From NCBI RefSeq assembly GCF_009914755.1, contig NC_060946.1: DNA of 64,000 nucleotides. The stretch is one strand, 5' to 3'. The position numbers were made by a program, and so were the translations under genes. Shown here piece by piece: positions 13,794 to 30,064 of this stretch. The notes under the pieces are model-generated. The model had not been told where the DNA came from and did no database searches. It saw only the letters and a program-made list of their open reading frames with translations. Positions within the stretch are counted from its first letter, which is position 1, and each line of letters starts with the position of its first letter. Source of the DNA: the human T2T-CHM13v2.0 reference genome, Homo sapiens.

Positions 13794-16591
13794 AGAAACA
13801 ATAATTGCAGCTTTAATTTTAGATTTAAGGGGTACATGTGCAGGTTTGTTATGTGGGTGTATTGTGTGATGATGAGGTTTGGGGTATGACTGATCCCATT
13901 GCCTAGTTAGTGAGCACAGTATCCAGTAGTGTTTCAACCCTTGCTCCCTTCCCTCCCTCCCCCGCCATTCATCCCTGGTATCCAAATCCAGCAGCACATC
14001 AAAAAGGTTATGTCCATGAGTACCCAGTGTTTAGCTCCCACTTATAAGTAAGAACATGTGGTATTTGGTTTTCTGTTCCTGTGTTAATTTGCTTAGGATA
14101 ATCACCTACCGCTGCATTCACATTGCTGCAAAGGACATGATTTCATTCTTTTTAATGGCAATATAGTATCCCATGGTGTATATGTACCACATTTTCTTTA
14201 TCCAGTCCACCATTGATGGGCATGTAGGTTGATTCCTTGTCTTTGTTATTAATGAATAGTGCTGTGATGAACATATGAGTGCATGTGGTTTTTTTTTTTT
14301 CTTTTGGTAGAACGATTTATTTTCTTTTGGAAAGAAAATAAATATATTCAGTAATAGGATTGCTGGGTTGAATGGTACTTCTTTGTTAAGTTTTTTGGGA
14401 AATCTCCAAACAGCTTTTCACAGTGGCTGAATTAATTTACATTCCCACCAGCAGTGTATAGGCATTCCCATTTCTCCGAAGACTTGCCAGCATCTGTTTC
14501 TTTCTTTTCTTTTCTTTTCTTTCTTTCTTTTTTTAAATAATAGCCATTTGCCTGGAGTGAGATGGTATCTCATGGTGGTTTTGATTTACGTTTCTGTGAT
14601 GATTAGTGATTTTGAGCATTTTTTCATATGTTTGTTGGTTGCTTGTATGTCTTCTTTTGAGAAGTGTCTGTTCATGTCTTTTGCCCATTTTTTAATGTAA
14701 TTATTTGTTTTTTGTTGTTAAGTTCCTTATAGAATCTGGATATTAGACCTTTGTCAGATGCATAGTTTGTAAATATTTTCTCTCATTCTGTAGGGTGTCT
14801 GTTTACTCTGTTGATAGTTTCTTTTGCTGTGCAAAAGCACTTTAGATTAATTGGGCCCTACTTGTCAATTTTTGTTTTCTTTGCAGTTGCTTTTGAGGAC
14901 TTTTTTTTGCATTTTTTGAGGACTTTTTTGTATATGGTAAAAGGTAGGGATCCAGTTTCAATCTTCTGCATATGGCTAGCCAGCTATCCCAGCACCATTT
15001 ATTGAGTAGGGAGTCCTTTCTCTCTTATTTTTGTTGACTTTGTCAAAGATCAGATAGCTAAAGCTGCATGTGGCTTTATTTTTGGGTTCTCTCTTCTATT
15101 CCACTGGTCTGTGTGTCTGTTTCTGTATCAGCACTATGCTGTTTTGGTTACTGTAGCCTTATGGTATAGTTTGAAGTTGGGTAATATGATCCTCTAGCTT
15201 TGTTCTTTTTTCTTAAGATTACTTTGGCTATTTGGGCTCTTTTTTTATTCCATATTAATCTTAGAATAGTTTTTACCCATCCTGTGAAAAATGACATTGG
15301 TAGTTTGATAGCAATAGCATTGAATCTGTAGATTGTTTTGGGCAGCATGGCCATTTTTACAATATTGATTCTTCCAATCTATGAGCATGGAACGTTCTTC
15401 CATTTGTGTGTATGTATCATCTATGATTTCTTTCATTGGTGTTTTGTAGTTCTACTGGTAGAAAAAAGTCAAGGAGGAGGGACTCCTCCCTAACTCATTC
15501 TGCAAAGCCAGTATTACCCTGATGCCAAAACCTGGCAAAGACACAGTGAAAAAAGAAAACTACAGGCCAACATCCCTGATGAACACAGAGGCAAAAATCC
15601 TCAACAAAATACTAGCAAACCAAATCCAGCAGCACATCAAAGAGGTTAATTCATCATGATCAGGTAGGCTTCATTCCTGGGAGGCAAGGTTGGTTCAACA
15701 TATGCAAACCAATAAATGTGATTTACCACATAAAAAAATTAAAAACTGGCCCGGTGCAGTGGCTCACGCTTGTAATCCCAGCACTTTGGGAGGCTGAAGC
15801 AGGTGGATCACGAGGTCAGGAGATCGAGACCATCCTGGCTAACATGGTGAAACCCTGTCTCTACTGAAAATACAAAAAATTAGCCGGGCGTGGCGGTGGG
15901 CACCTGTAGTCCCAGGTACTCGGGAGGCTGAGGCAGGAGAATGGCGTGAACCCAGGAGGCAGAGCTTGCAAGTGAGCTGAGATCGCGCCACTGCACTCCA
16001 GCCTGGGCAACAGAGCGAAACTCCATCTCAAAAATAAATAAATAAATAAAATAAATAAATAAAAACAAAACCATATGATCATCTCAATAGACGTGGAAAA
16101 AGCTTTCAATAAAATCCAGTACGCTTCATGTTAAAAATCCTGAACAAACTAGATATTGAAGGGACATACCTCAAAATAATAACAGCTATCTATGACAAAC
16201 CTAAATACAATATCATATTGAATGAGCAAAAGCTGGAAGCATTCCCCTTGAGAACTGGAACAGACAAGGATTCTCATTCTTGCCACTCTTATTCAACATA
16301 GTACTGGAGCAGTCAGGCAAGAGAAAAAATAGAAGGCATCCAAATTGGAAAAGAAGGAGTCAAACTGTCTTTCTTTGCCGATGATAATGATTCTATACCG
16401 AGAAAACCCTAAAGACTCTGCCAAAGACTCCAGGAATTGATAAACGACTTCAGGAAGTTTCAGGATACAAAATCAATGTACAGAAATCAGTAGCATTTCT
16501 ATACACCAATAACGTTCAAGCTGAGAGCCAAATTAAAATGCAGTCCCATTTACAGTAGCTGCACACCCACAAAATACTTAGGAATACATCA
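13794..16591 (-). mobile_element. L1PB/old L1PA, 5'-truncated with inverted 5' segment (about 15461-16591 on +)
   Basis: L1 3' UTR and ORF2 on - up to about 15460, then ORF2 on +. TSD AATTACTTTTT at 13783-13793 and 16592-16602. Confidence 0.88.
15748..16062 (+). mobile_element. AluY nested in the inverted L1 segment, (AAAT)n tail
   Basis: GACCATCCTGGCTAAC and GAATGGCGTGAACCC diagnostics. Confidence 0.93.
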
Positions 16592-16784
16592 AATTACTTT
16601 TTGTGTGTAGTATTAGACAACCAGCCACATTCTTTGAGCTAAAAATAAAAACATGCAAGATATTAAAAATACAAATAGGGACTGAATAGTACAGTGAAGA
16701 AAATTACAAGTAGAACATAAGGGAATAGTCAAGAATTGTAGGAAAAAATAAAAATATAAGTACAGACTAGATTTCTCATGTTTA

Positions 16785-17160
<376 letters not shown>

Positions 17161-19540
17161 TCAAGGAAGATGATTACATGAAGGTATATAAGAACCACCA
17201 CCACCAACCACCCTCTACAAGAAGGGAAGAGTAAAAATCATATCATGGTAGGAATTGTATGGAAAAACTGGAAAGTCAGAATGGAATAGGTAGTACATTG
17301 CTAAATTTGTTGATTGTTTTAGAATGCTTCTGGAACACTTCTTCAAGAGTATTCATGGGGAAAAATGAGAGTCGTGGGTAGGTAGGTGAAAAACCAGTTG
17401 TCATTCATGAAATGTTGGATGAATCAAATAAATGAGGGCTTTTAATTTACTAAAGAAAAAGATTGCTGTTCTTCAAAAAGAAGTAATGTGATCTATGAAT
17501 AGAGTTTAGACTCAATTGAACTATTCTGCTTCAATCAAGAAAATATTTGACAATATGAAAAGTGAGAGATGAAGAACATTTTAATATCTAGTTTTTACTT
17601 TTATATTACTTGCATTTTAAACATCTATTTGAAAATGTTAATAAATTAGCAATTTCAAAAAAATTTAAAATTATCATTTGATTTATTCCCTCAGAACTTT
17701 GAGACAGGAGAGTACTATGAGTGACTTCTCATAGCTAGGTATAATTAAATGCAGGGGCAAGCAACTGGCTATTCTATGCACTGTTACAATTAGTGATAGG
17801 CCATCCCTGGCAGAGTCTTAGCATGTCTTGTAACTTGTTTGAAAAATAAACCCTTCCTCTTCATTCATATCTTTATTGAGACTCATAATTTACTTGATAC
17901 TTACCATGGCTCAAGTGCTGGACTTATATTCACAGAATTTAACTAATCATGGCACTTGATTCATGATACTCTCTCATTATTAATTTATGCATGGCCTTCT
18001 TTATTTTGTAGGCATTGAATCATTCATTAATTCATTTTAAATAATATTATAAGCACTTATAGTACCAGCATGAGAACAAGGATACTGAGAATAATTTCCT
18101 TCTACTGTGAGTTCCTTCCCCATTCCATCTCCTGGCCTTGTGTTTCCTTTCCTCCTTCTCCCTGTAGGCAGCCACTCATTATGAATTACACATTACACAC
18201 TTCCCTGCCTTTCAGAAATGTATGGTTTTATTACATACATGTATTTCTATAGATTATATTTTTAGTTTTGGATTTATAATTAGGGTCTCATGCTCTGTGT
18301 CTGAAAGTTGTGGGACAATATCAAATGTTCTAACATGTGAGTAAGTGAAATATCAGAAAGAGAAGAGAAAGAGCCGACTAAAAAAATATGCAGAGAAAAT
18401 GGCTGAGAATTTTCCAAAATCAGTGAAAGATAGAAAGTTGGGAAGGGTAGGAGAAAGGGTGGGGAAGGAAGAAATTTGTTAAAGGATATAAAATTACAGC
18501 TAGATAAGAGAAATACATTCTAATGTTCTATAGCACTGTAGGATTACTATAGTTAACAATAATACATAATTTCAAATAGCTGGAAGGAGAACATTGAATG
18601 TTCCCATCACAAAGAAATGACAAATGTTTGAGATAATGGGTATGCTAATTACCCTGATCTGATCACTATGCATCGTATGTATCAAAATATCACAGTGCGC
18701 CCCATGAATATGTACAATTATTATGTGTCAGTTAACAAAGTTAAAAAAATGTTCAGAGAACCCCAAGCAGGGTAAAGGTAGGGAGAGAAAGCATACCTCT
18801 AGATGCATTATAGTTAAACTACTGACCAACAATAAAGAGAAATTCTTAAAGAAGCTAGATAAAGAAAGGCAGCCGGATTAAAACAAAATGTATGTACAGA
18901 GGAATAAAGATAAAAATTATAGCACAATTCTTATATAACCTATGCACGCAGAAGACAGTGGAGTGACATCAAGTGCTGAGAGAAAACAAAACAAACCTGC
19001 CAACCTGGGATCCTATACCCAATAACAATATCTTTCAAAACTAAAGGCAAAACAAAGACTTTTTAGACAAACAAGAGCTGGGAAAATTCATTGCTAGTTA
19101 ACCTGCACTACAAGAGATGGAGGAAGTGTGTTGGGCAGAAGGTGTATGGTACCAGGTGACATTTGGATCTCCACAAAGAAATATAGAGTACCTGCAATAA
19201 TGTAAAAGCCATCGAATGTAAAGACATTGCATGTCTAAAGCCAAAACAATGCAAATATATTATGAGATTTAGAACATGTAGGAATAAAGCATATGACAAT
19301 AATAGCACAAATCATAGACAGGACATGGAAATGTAAAATGTTATTTAGAGGTAGACTATGGTAAGTAAAAATGTGTATTGTAAACCCTAGAGCAACCCCT
19401 AAGGAAAAAAAGAAAGAAAAGAGTTAAAATAATCTAGGAGGGGAGATAAAAATTGAATCATAAGAAGAAGGCAAGAAAAGAGGAAAACAGGAACAAAATA
19501 CAGACAAAAGCAGGTTCAGTGTTATTAAGATGGCAGTTCT

Positions 19541-19833
<293 letters not shown>

Positions 19834-20462
19834 AGGTGGCAATTCTTCCCATATTGATCCATATTGATCTATAGATTTACTGCAGTCCCTTTTGAAATCC
19901 AAGCAGAATAGGCAACACAATTTTGAAAACAGAACAGAGAGAACTTAGACTGGTTTGACCACTTCCTGTAGAGCTGTTGTCATCAACATGGTGCTACACT
20001 GGCATAAAGAACATAGATAATGGAGCAGAATATGGAGGGGAGAAATCCTCACATTTACAGTAATTGATTTTTGAAAAAATGCCAAGACAATTTAGTGGGG
20101 GAAATGATAGGAATTTCAACAAAATGATGCTAGAAAAATTGAATGTCCATATGCAAAAACAAAGACAAAAACAAACCAAAATCCCTTAGATATTTATCTC
20201 CTACCATACTCCCAGAATAACTCAAAATTGATCATAAATCTGCATTTGTGAGCTAAAACTATAACACTTCTGGAAGAAAGCATAAGAAAAAGTTTTTGTG
20301 ACCTTGGGTTAGGCAAAGAATTCTTAGCTATGACACCATTAAAGAAAAATATTGATAAATTGGGTTTAATCAAAAATTTAAAACTTGTCCTTTAAAGACA
20401 CCACTAAGCAAGTGCAAAGACAAATTATAGACTCTGAGAAAATATTTGAAAATCACATATAT

Positions 20463-20774
<312 letters not shown>

Positions 20775-21226
20775 TCACATATATAATAAATAACTTGTAT
20801 CCAGAACATATAAAGAACTCTATGAATATTAAGATACCAGTCCTCCTCAAATTGGCCAAATATTTGAATAGCCAGTTCACTACAGAAGATACATGAATAG
20901 CTAATAAGCACATGAAAAAATGCTTATTATTACTCATTAGGGAAATGCAAATTAAAACCACAGTGCGATGCTACTTCACACCCACCAAAATGGCTAAAAT
21001 AAAAACTCAGAAAATAAGTATGTTCAAGGAGAAACAGGAATTCTGTGTTGCTGATGGGAATCTGAAAGGTATAGCCACAACAGAAGGTGGTTTGGCAGTT
21101 TTTAAAAAAGTCATACTAAAACATATTTACCATATGATCTAGCTAATTCACTTACCTGTATCTACCTAACAGAAGTATGCAGATTCTTTAAGTACTTCAA
21201 TTAAAAGAGATCATCAGGTAGGGTGA

Positions 21227-21905
<679 letters not shown>

Positions 21906-24032
21906 ATCTGTTGTAAACTGGAAACTTATTTTAAATGTGAAGATATAAATCCTTAAAGGTAAAAAGATAGACAAATATAATACTGTATAAGCACTAACCA
22001 AAAGAAAGCTGGAATGACTTGATTAATATCTGATAAAATAGACTTAACAAAGATTATAAACAGGCATTAAAAAGGTGTATTTCATAATGATCATGGGGTT
22101 ATTTCACCATGGAAGCACAACATTGTTCTTAAATATTCATGTACTTAACAACAGAGCAGTAAAACATAAAACAAAAACAGAATTGAAAAGAGAAATAGAT
22201 TCACAATTTTAGTTGACGGTTTCAACACTCCTCTCTCAGTAATTTATAGAAAAAGTAGACAGAAAATCCATAAGGATATAGAAAAATCTAAGCAACACTA
22301 TCAACCAACTTGACCCAGTTGGTGTTTATGAATCAGTCTATCCAACAGCAGCATACACATTCCCTTTAAGTGTACGTGAACTACTCAAAACAGTAGATCA
22401 TATTCTAGGCAATAAAACACATATCAACAAATCATAAAAGAACTGAGTTATTCAAAGTGTGTTTTCTGACCATGAAAGAATTAAAGTAAAATTTAATAAC
22501 AGAAAGATAACTGGAAATCTCCAAGTATTTGGAAATGAAGCAACACATTTCTAAATTACTCATAGGTCAAGGAAGAAATCTCAAGGGAAATTAGAAGATA
22601 ATTAGAATAGGATGAAAATGAAAGTAGAATATATCAATATCTGTGAGATGCAGTTAAATCGATGCCTAGAGGGAATTTTATAATTTTAAATGGTTACATT
22701 AGAAATAATTTAAATTCATTGATCCAACTTCTTAAGTTAGAAAAGAAGCAATGAAGACAATACAATGTGTACATAAGGATAGATGTACAGATCAATGCAA
22801 CAGGATGGTCCAGAGATAGACCTGCACATACTTAGTGTTGAACCAACAAAGGTGCCAAGATAATTTAATGGAGAAAAAGAAAGAAGGAAGTCTTTTCAAC
22901 AAGTAATACCAGAACAATGAAATATTATACAGAAAAAAAAGAACTTTGATTTCTACCTTGTACTCTACACAAAAATTAACCTGAAATGGATATTAGACCA
23001 TATTTGTGTTTACACAAAAGCGAAAACTTTTAAACTTGTGAAAGAAAATATAGCTTACAGTCTTCATGACCTTGAGGCATGAAAGACTTCTTAGGACAGA
23101 CTGTCCATCAAAGAAATGTCAATAAATTGGAACTCATCAACTAAGCACCTCTGCTCTAAGAAGGACTCCCTGAAGAAAATGAAGAGCTGAGGTGCTCACT
23201 GGGAGAAAATCTTAGCATCACATAAATCTGACATAGGACTTATTTCTGGACTAAATAAAGAAGTTGTACAACTGAATAATACAACTCAATTAAAAGGTAG
23301 AAAAAACATTTGTCTACACACCTCTAAAAAGAAGAGAGGAGGATTCCAATAATCATGTACAAACATGCTCAACGTCATTATTCATTAGGGAAATGCAAAT
23401 TAAAATACAAAGTACAATAAAATACTACTACACACCCAACAGAGTGGCCAAAATTTAAAAAGACTTACAACCCAAGTGTTGACAAGGATGTGGAACAACT
23501 GGAACTATCATACATTGTTGGTGGGATTGTAAAATGGTAGAACCAGTTTGTAATATAGTTCATCAGTTTTTAATAATGTTAAATATGATTTTCCATATGA
23601 CCAACAATTTCACTTCCTGGTGTTTACCTGTGAAAAATGAAAACGCATGCCCATAAAAAGACTTATACATAGATATTTAAAGCACCTTTATTTATAGAAA
23701 CAACCCAAATGTCTGTCAACAGATGGCTGGGTAAACAAATTGTGGAATATTCATACAATGGCATGCTGTTTGGCATTAGAAAGGAACGAAATACTTATGC
23801 ACATAGCAATATGGATGAAGCTGTCTCATGTCAAACAAAAGAAGCCAGACACAACAGACAACATAGTGTGTAATTTTATTTTATATAAAATTCTAGAACT
23901 GGAGCATGAATCTATGTTATTAGAAAGCAGGTCAATAGTTGCCTGGATTCTAGAATATGGGGAGATTGATTTTAAAGGGGTGCTTTTTGGGGCAATGGAA
24001 ATATCCTGTATCTTAAGATAGTAGTTACATAG

Positions 24033-24401
<369 letters not shown>

Positions 24402-24449
24402 TAAATTTGCCTCAATTTGTTTTAAAAAGTAAAAAAAAAAGTAATGCTA

Positions 24450-25100
24450 AATTATTGTTCACTCCCACCATCAGTGGATAATAGAGATTCAATTTTCTAC
24501 TTTTTCCATTTGGATAATCACTTTTGGGGTTCAGTTACTGAATAATCCATCCTTTCCCCATTTTTCTGACTTGCTACTTCTATTATATGTCAAAGTTGAA
24601 TGTATGTGTGGTTCAGTTTCTGCACTGTCTTCCATTTCCTTGATTAGTTTGTTTATCCTGTCTTTATTATTTTAACTTTGTAATAAGCCCCAGTATCTTT
24701 ATTCTCTTTCTTCAGAAGTGTTTTGGCTATTATTGATCCTGTATTTTTTGTATAAATTTTAGAAATAGCTTATTTATTTCTATGTTCTATGAAAAACCCT
24801 ATTGGAATGTTAATGGGGATTATATTGATGTCATAGATAAATTTGGGTAGACTTCAAACTTTTACAGTATTAAATTTCTCTGTTTATCACTGTGGTATAT
24901 CTTCCTATTTATTTAGATCCTCTTTAATGTCTCCCAATACAATTTGTAATTTTTCCCATCAAGTTCTTGCACATATTTTGAAAGAATAATTTCAAAGTAT
25001 TTGATGTTTTTTATTTTATTGCAAGCTAAGTCTTTTAATTATGTTTTGTGCTGTATTGTTGCAGTATAGAAATATGATTTTAAAAATATTAATATATCTA
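24450..25100 (-). mobile_element. Degenerate L1M ORF2 fragment
   Basis: TTTTGGCTATT...ATAAATTTTAGAA...GGATTATATTGA antisense L1 motifs. Confidence 0.65.
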
Positions 25101-25527
25101 GGGAACTTTTGCACTTGTTTTAGAAAGAAGCTCATTTATTGATGAGCAGAATTTGTGGTGGGGGGGCACAGGCATGTGTGGTGTGTACGTGTAGGGTGTG
25201 TGCTGTGTGCATGTGTTTGTGCGTGCAGACACATTTGTGAATATTTTGGAGAGCAGATATATTGAGGGTGGGTTTTCAAAACCCTGAAGTTATTTTCTGC
25301 AGTTGAGTTTCTGCGTGTTAAGGTTGGCCCTGTGTTGCAGGAGGGGATGGTGGCTAAGGCCATGAAGTTTCTGGCTTTTAGGCTGGTCTGCATTTCACGC
25401 AGTTGTGGCAAGAAGGGTCTCTTGTAAAGCTGATATGAAGTCAAGACATCCGTATCTCTTCCATCCTGGGGATGGTTACTCACGATGTAGGCTGTATTGT
25501 TAAAAATGTGTCACTCTTCCCTTCCAG

Positions 25528-25604
25528 TATCCGGAGTGTGATGCAGAAGTACCTTGCAGAGAGAAATGAAATAACCTTTGACAAGATTTTCAATCAGAAA
25601 ATTG
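25528..25604 (+). CDS. GRK3: G protein-coupled receptor kinase 3, coding exon 2 (77 nt, enters phase 2, exits phase 1)
   Basis: Translates (S)[25 protein letters not shown](G), which I recognise as the GRK3 N-terminal region. Pyrimidine tract CTCTTCCCTTCCAG ends at 25527 and a GTAAGT donor starts at 25605. The 77-nt size matches my recall of GRK2/3 exon 2. Confidence 0.97.
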
Positions 25605-26699
25605 GTAAGTCCTGCTTGTTCATTTGGCATACGGTAATTTTAGTGATGAAATTGGGCGATACTATAGTAATATATGAATGCACCCCCTAGTGCTTTATAT
25701 CCTCTATAGCTGTGGCTGGGAATAAAGGAAATTTCATGTAATTAATAAGGTATTTAATGATGACTTACATTCCTAGTAACATATTCTATGATTAAGCTCT
25801 TGGGAAATGGGTAATTCTAGGATTTTTACATGAACTCAGCGTTGCTGAATGTAAGAGAATAGGATATTCCTTTCTTTTCTTTGCGTCTTGCCTGCCTCGT
25901 GGTTACTGAGGTGGTTTGCTGGGGAGCTGTGTGTAATAGCTTTAAAATTATTTTATGGCTGGAGGAAATTACTTTATGAAAATTCCAAGAAATTAAAGTT
26001 CCCTAGAACTCAATTTGTGCTCTGTTTCCATGATTAATAGACATAGACTGATAGATCCCTTTAAGACTGCGTATTCTTCGAGATAATTCTGGGCTTGCCC
26101 TTTTGTTTGCTGATGAGGAGATGTAGACACAGGGAGGTGGAGTGACTTGTTCTGATTCCCAGTTCTCCTTCTTCTTTACTCCGATAATAAAATATTAACC
26201 AGTAAATAATAAAATAGTTACCAGTAGAAGCTGGTGCAGAAATCTTTGGATTTTTGTAAACCACTTTATCTGTTTTACGAAAATTAGCCTGTCTGTGAAG
26301 AGGTTCTTTGGTAGATACAGTTTCTTTGATCACGCATGAAGTACAGTGGGGAAAAGGTGGACGGAGTGGTTTGGAGAAGCAGATGACATTGGTCTGTCTG
26401 TGCCTGAGCACTGTGTGGAAAGTGATTGGTCTTTGCCATATAGAGATATTTCATCCTGCTCCTCAGGAGTTGGTTGGGGAACAGATAAGTTAAAAGAGTT
26501 TGGCTTTCATTTTGTTAGTTCTTACGGCTTCTCATTACTTTCATGGTGTGTGGTTACTATAAGCTACACAGATGTTCTCCTTTGCTTCTGATTTTGTGCT
26601 AAAAAACAAAATAAAACTCATGATAACAAGAGAGAGAAACTCTGTATCTCTGAGAGTGGAGGGAAAAAGGAATTATCTTTTTATTTGCTAGTTAAAAAT

Positions 26700-27055
26700 T
26701 TTTTTAATTTATTTTTTGTGGATTTATTGAGGTATATTTCACATAGCATACAATCCACACATTGAAAGTAAACAGTTGAGTGACTTTTTGTGTATTCACC
26801 GTCATACAACCATCTGCACTGCCTAATTTTAGAATGTTTTTATCACCCCAAAAAGAACTTGTACCCATTAGCAGTCCTTCTGCCTTCTACCCTCCCTCAG
26901 CTCCCGGCAACCACGAATTGAGTTTCTGCCTCCATGGATTTGCTTGTGTTGGACACGCCACATGAAGGGAATCACACACTGTGTGTCCTTTTGCACTGGG
27001 CTTCTTCAGCATAAGGCCTTCAAGGTTCGTTCTGGTGGTTGTATGGATCAGAACT
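26700..27055 (-). mobile_element. L1MB 3' end
   Basis: TTTATTGAGGTATATTTCACATAGCATAC...CATTAGCAGTC. Confidence 0.8.
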
Positions 27056-27989
27056 TCAGCCTGCTTTCCCTTCAGCTCTCATTCCAGTTTCTGAAATGCA
27101 TCCAGGATTCTTCTTTTGTGTTTTCTGTTCTCTCTCCCTTCTGTAGCTCCTTTCCTGTCTACAGTCCCCGCAAACATACATACAGCCCCCCAAACATGTA
27201 TTTTCCATAGCCTGGATTAAAACCTTAACTGACCCTGGCACCGGGAGACTCTGACCTGAGCTCCCAATGGCATTAGTGTGGCTGAGTATCTCAGTTGCAC
27301 GGATTGTTCTCTGAGAGCAGTCTCACTGGGCGCTGATGGGCTGTGCATTTTATCTGAAGCTGTTAAACATTGTTTAAATAAATAATTTCTTCTGTTCCCT
27401 TCAATTCGTGACCTTGGATCTGGTCAGGAGAAGCTGAGTTTGAGCTTGGGAAGGTCATGGTCACAGGAAAGAAGAGCAGCTGATCGGAGGCTTAGGGAGA
27501 GCGCACACCACCATCTGTAATTACGTTTTGACGGAGCTGTCTAGTGTTGTTGGCCTGCTCCCCGTTTTTCTCTGTAGTAGTCTCACTTTCTGCCTGGTCT
27601 CAGGCATTGGGGGAGAGTGGAAGGTGGGCCATGGTGGGAGTAAATGTGTCTGACACTCCAGGTCTTCCTTTTCCAGGTTCCGTTTGCGCCTTCCATCACT
27701 GACTCCATGCGTTCCTGCCCTACTCTTTCCCTTCTCCATCTTTCCTTCCCTCTCCCCTCATTGTTTTGCTGGTCCTCTTGTTTTGTTTCACCCTCTGTCT
27801 GCCTACCCATCTGTTCCTTTTCCCTCTTTCCTTACCTCCCAAGGTCCCCGACACACAGGATCACCACAGGGCTTGGGAACTGCCCTCCAATGTGTGCTGT
27901 AGGCAATTGGTAAAAATGTTTTCAAAATGAAAACCATAGAAGTCTTTAATTTACTTGGCCTCTGAGGCATTGCCGAACTGGGAGATTGT

Positions 27990-28150
27990 TTGGCTACACC
28001 CTGAAGTGGTTGTTATTTCATTAATTTTTATCTATAAAAGTAGGGATAATAATAGTTCAGGTCCGTGAGGCTGTTGAGAGGGTTTAGCTGGTAATACACA
28101 TGAAGCCCTTAACACGACAATTGGCTCTCAGCAGATGCTCAGTGAATAGA
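27990..28150 (+). mobile_element. MIR
   Basis: ATCTATAAAAGTAGGGATAATAATAGT core. Confidence 0.65.
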
Positions 28151-28721
28151 AGCAAATTGTTTATGTTAAAAATTTTCAACACACAGAAAAGTAGACTAGA
28201 ATAATTAACCCCATATGTATGTATATGTATGTGTTTGTGTGTGTGTGTGTATATATATATATTTACATCACCTAGATTTGATACATTTCACCATTTTGCT
28301 ATACTTTGTTTTCCCATCCCGTCTTTTTTTGTGGTTACTGAATTAACAAAGCAGTCACAGCGTTTTGTGCTATATGCATCTCTAAAAAGTATGCATGCTT
28401 TCTTATACAGCCGCAGTACCTTTATCCCAAACGTGAAATTTATCATGATTCTTAGTGTACTCTAATACCGAGTTTATTGTCAAATTTCTCTGATTAACTT
28501 AAAAATGTTTTTTTTTTTACTCTTGGTTTGAATCAGTATTCAAATACTGTTCTTGTATTGTAATTGATGATAATATTTCTTGTAATCTAGACCAGTTCCC
28601 CCACATTGCCCCCGCCAGCACATGCACAGGTAATTAACTTACCGAAGAAATTGGGTCCTGTGTGTTGTAGAATGTTCCACGTTCTGGGCTTTTCTGTCTG
28701 CTTCTTAATGGTATCATTTAA

Positions 28722-29077
<356 letters not shown>

Positions 29078-29524
29078 TAAACTGAGACTTTGCTCTAACA
29101 GCTTAATGAGGTTTAGCTTCAGCTGCTTTTTGGTAGGAGCACTTTATAGGTGGTGCTGTGTACGTCGTAGCAGGAGGCACATGCCATTTAGGGTCTCTGT
29201 AGTCAGGTCTCTAAAGTGGGCTCAGATGTGGTCGGTGTCAGTTTCTCATTGACAATCATTGTCTAAATCAGTTATTTTATTAGGGATCAACTTAACTAAT
29301 GTTAAGACACATAATTTCTATATAAGGATGAGGATAAAAGTAGCTGGCACTTAACCCCTTTCTTCTTAATAGTGGCAATTAAAAACAAAGAATGAAGTTT
29401 ATTAGGGAGTTACAAAATGGTGAGTTTTCTAAATACAAGATTCCTTCTGCATTGATTACTTTTATTCCTCAATGGGAGGATATTTAGTTGCCTTTAAATA
29501 TATTTTAATTAGAAAGGTACGTGT

Positions 29525-30064
29525 TCATGGTGCAGCCTCATGACCCTTGCCTCGTGGTGTTGCCCCCATGCGTAACATGGCTAAAAGAGATTCTGCAGGT
29601 GGAATTAAGATGATTGTCCGAGTGGGCTTAATCTACTCACATGTGCTCTTTAAAAGCAGAGTTTCCTCAGGCCAGCAGCAAGGAGGAAGTCAGAAAGATA
29701 TGAAGCTCAGGAAAGATTCCACACTGTTGCTAGCTCTGCAGATGGAGGGCGTGTGGGTGCTCACTAGGAGCTGAGAGTGGCCCTGGCTGGCAGCAGCGAG
29801 GAAACAGCCACCTCCATCCCAAACCACAAAGCACAGAATTCCATCCATAACTGGAATGGGTTTGGAGGCAGATTCCTACTTGGAGCCTGTAGATAAGAAC
29901 CCGGGCTGACCGACACCTTGAATTTGTCCTGGTGAGACCCTAAGCAGAGAATCCAGTGGAACCCACTCACACTTCTGACCTATAGAACTGTGAGATGATA
30001 CGTGGGTGTTGTTTTCCAGTCACTAAGTTTCTGGTGACTTTTGACACATGAGAAAACTAATACA
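29525..30064 (+). mobile_element. MLT1D/E MaLR LTR
   Basis: ACTTCTGACCTATAGAACTGTGAGATGATA...AAAACTAATACA. Confidence 0.82.

Noticed and set aside
25472-25690. 72-aa ORF as a standalone gene
   Set aside because: Only 25528-25604 is GRK3 coding. The rest is intronic read-through past canonical splice sites.
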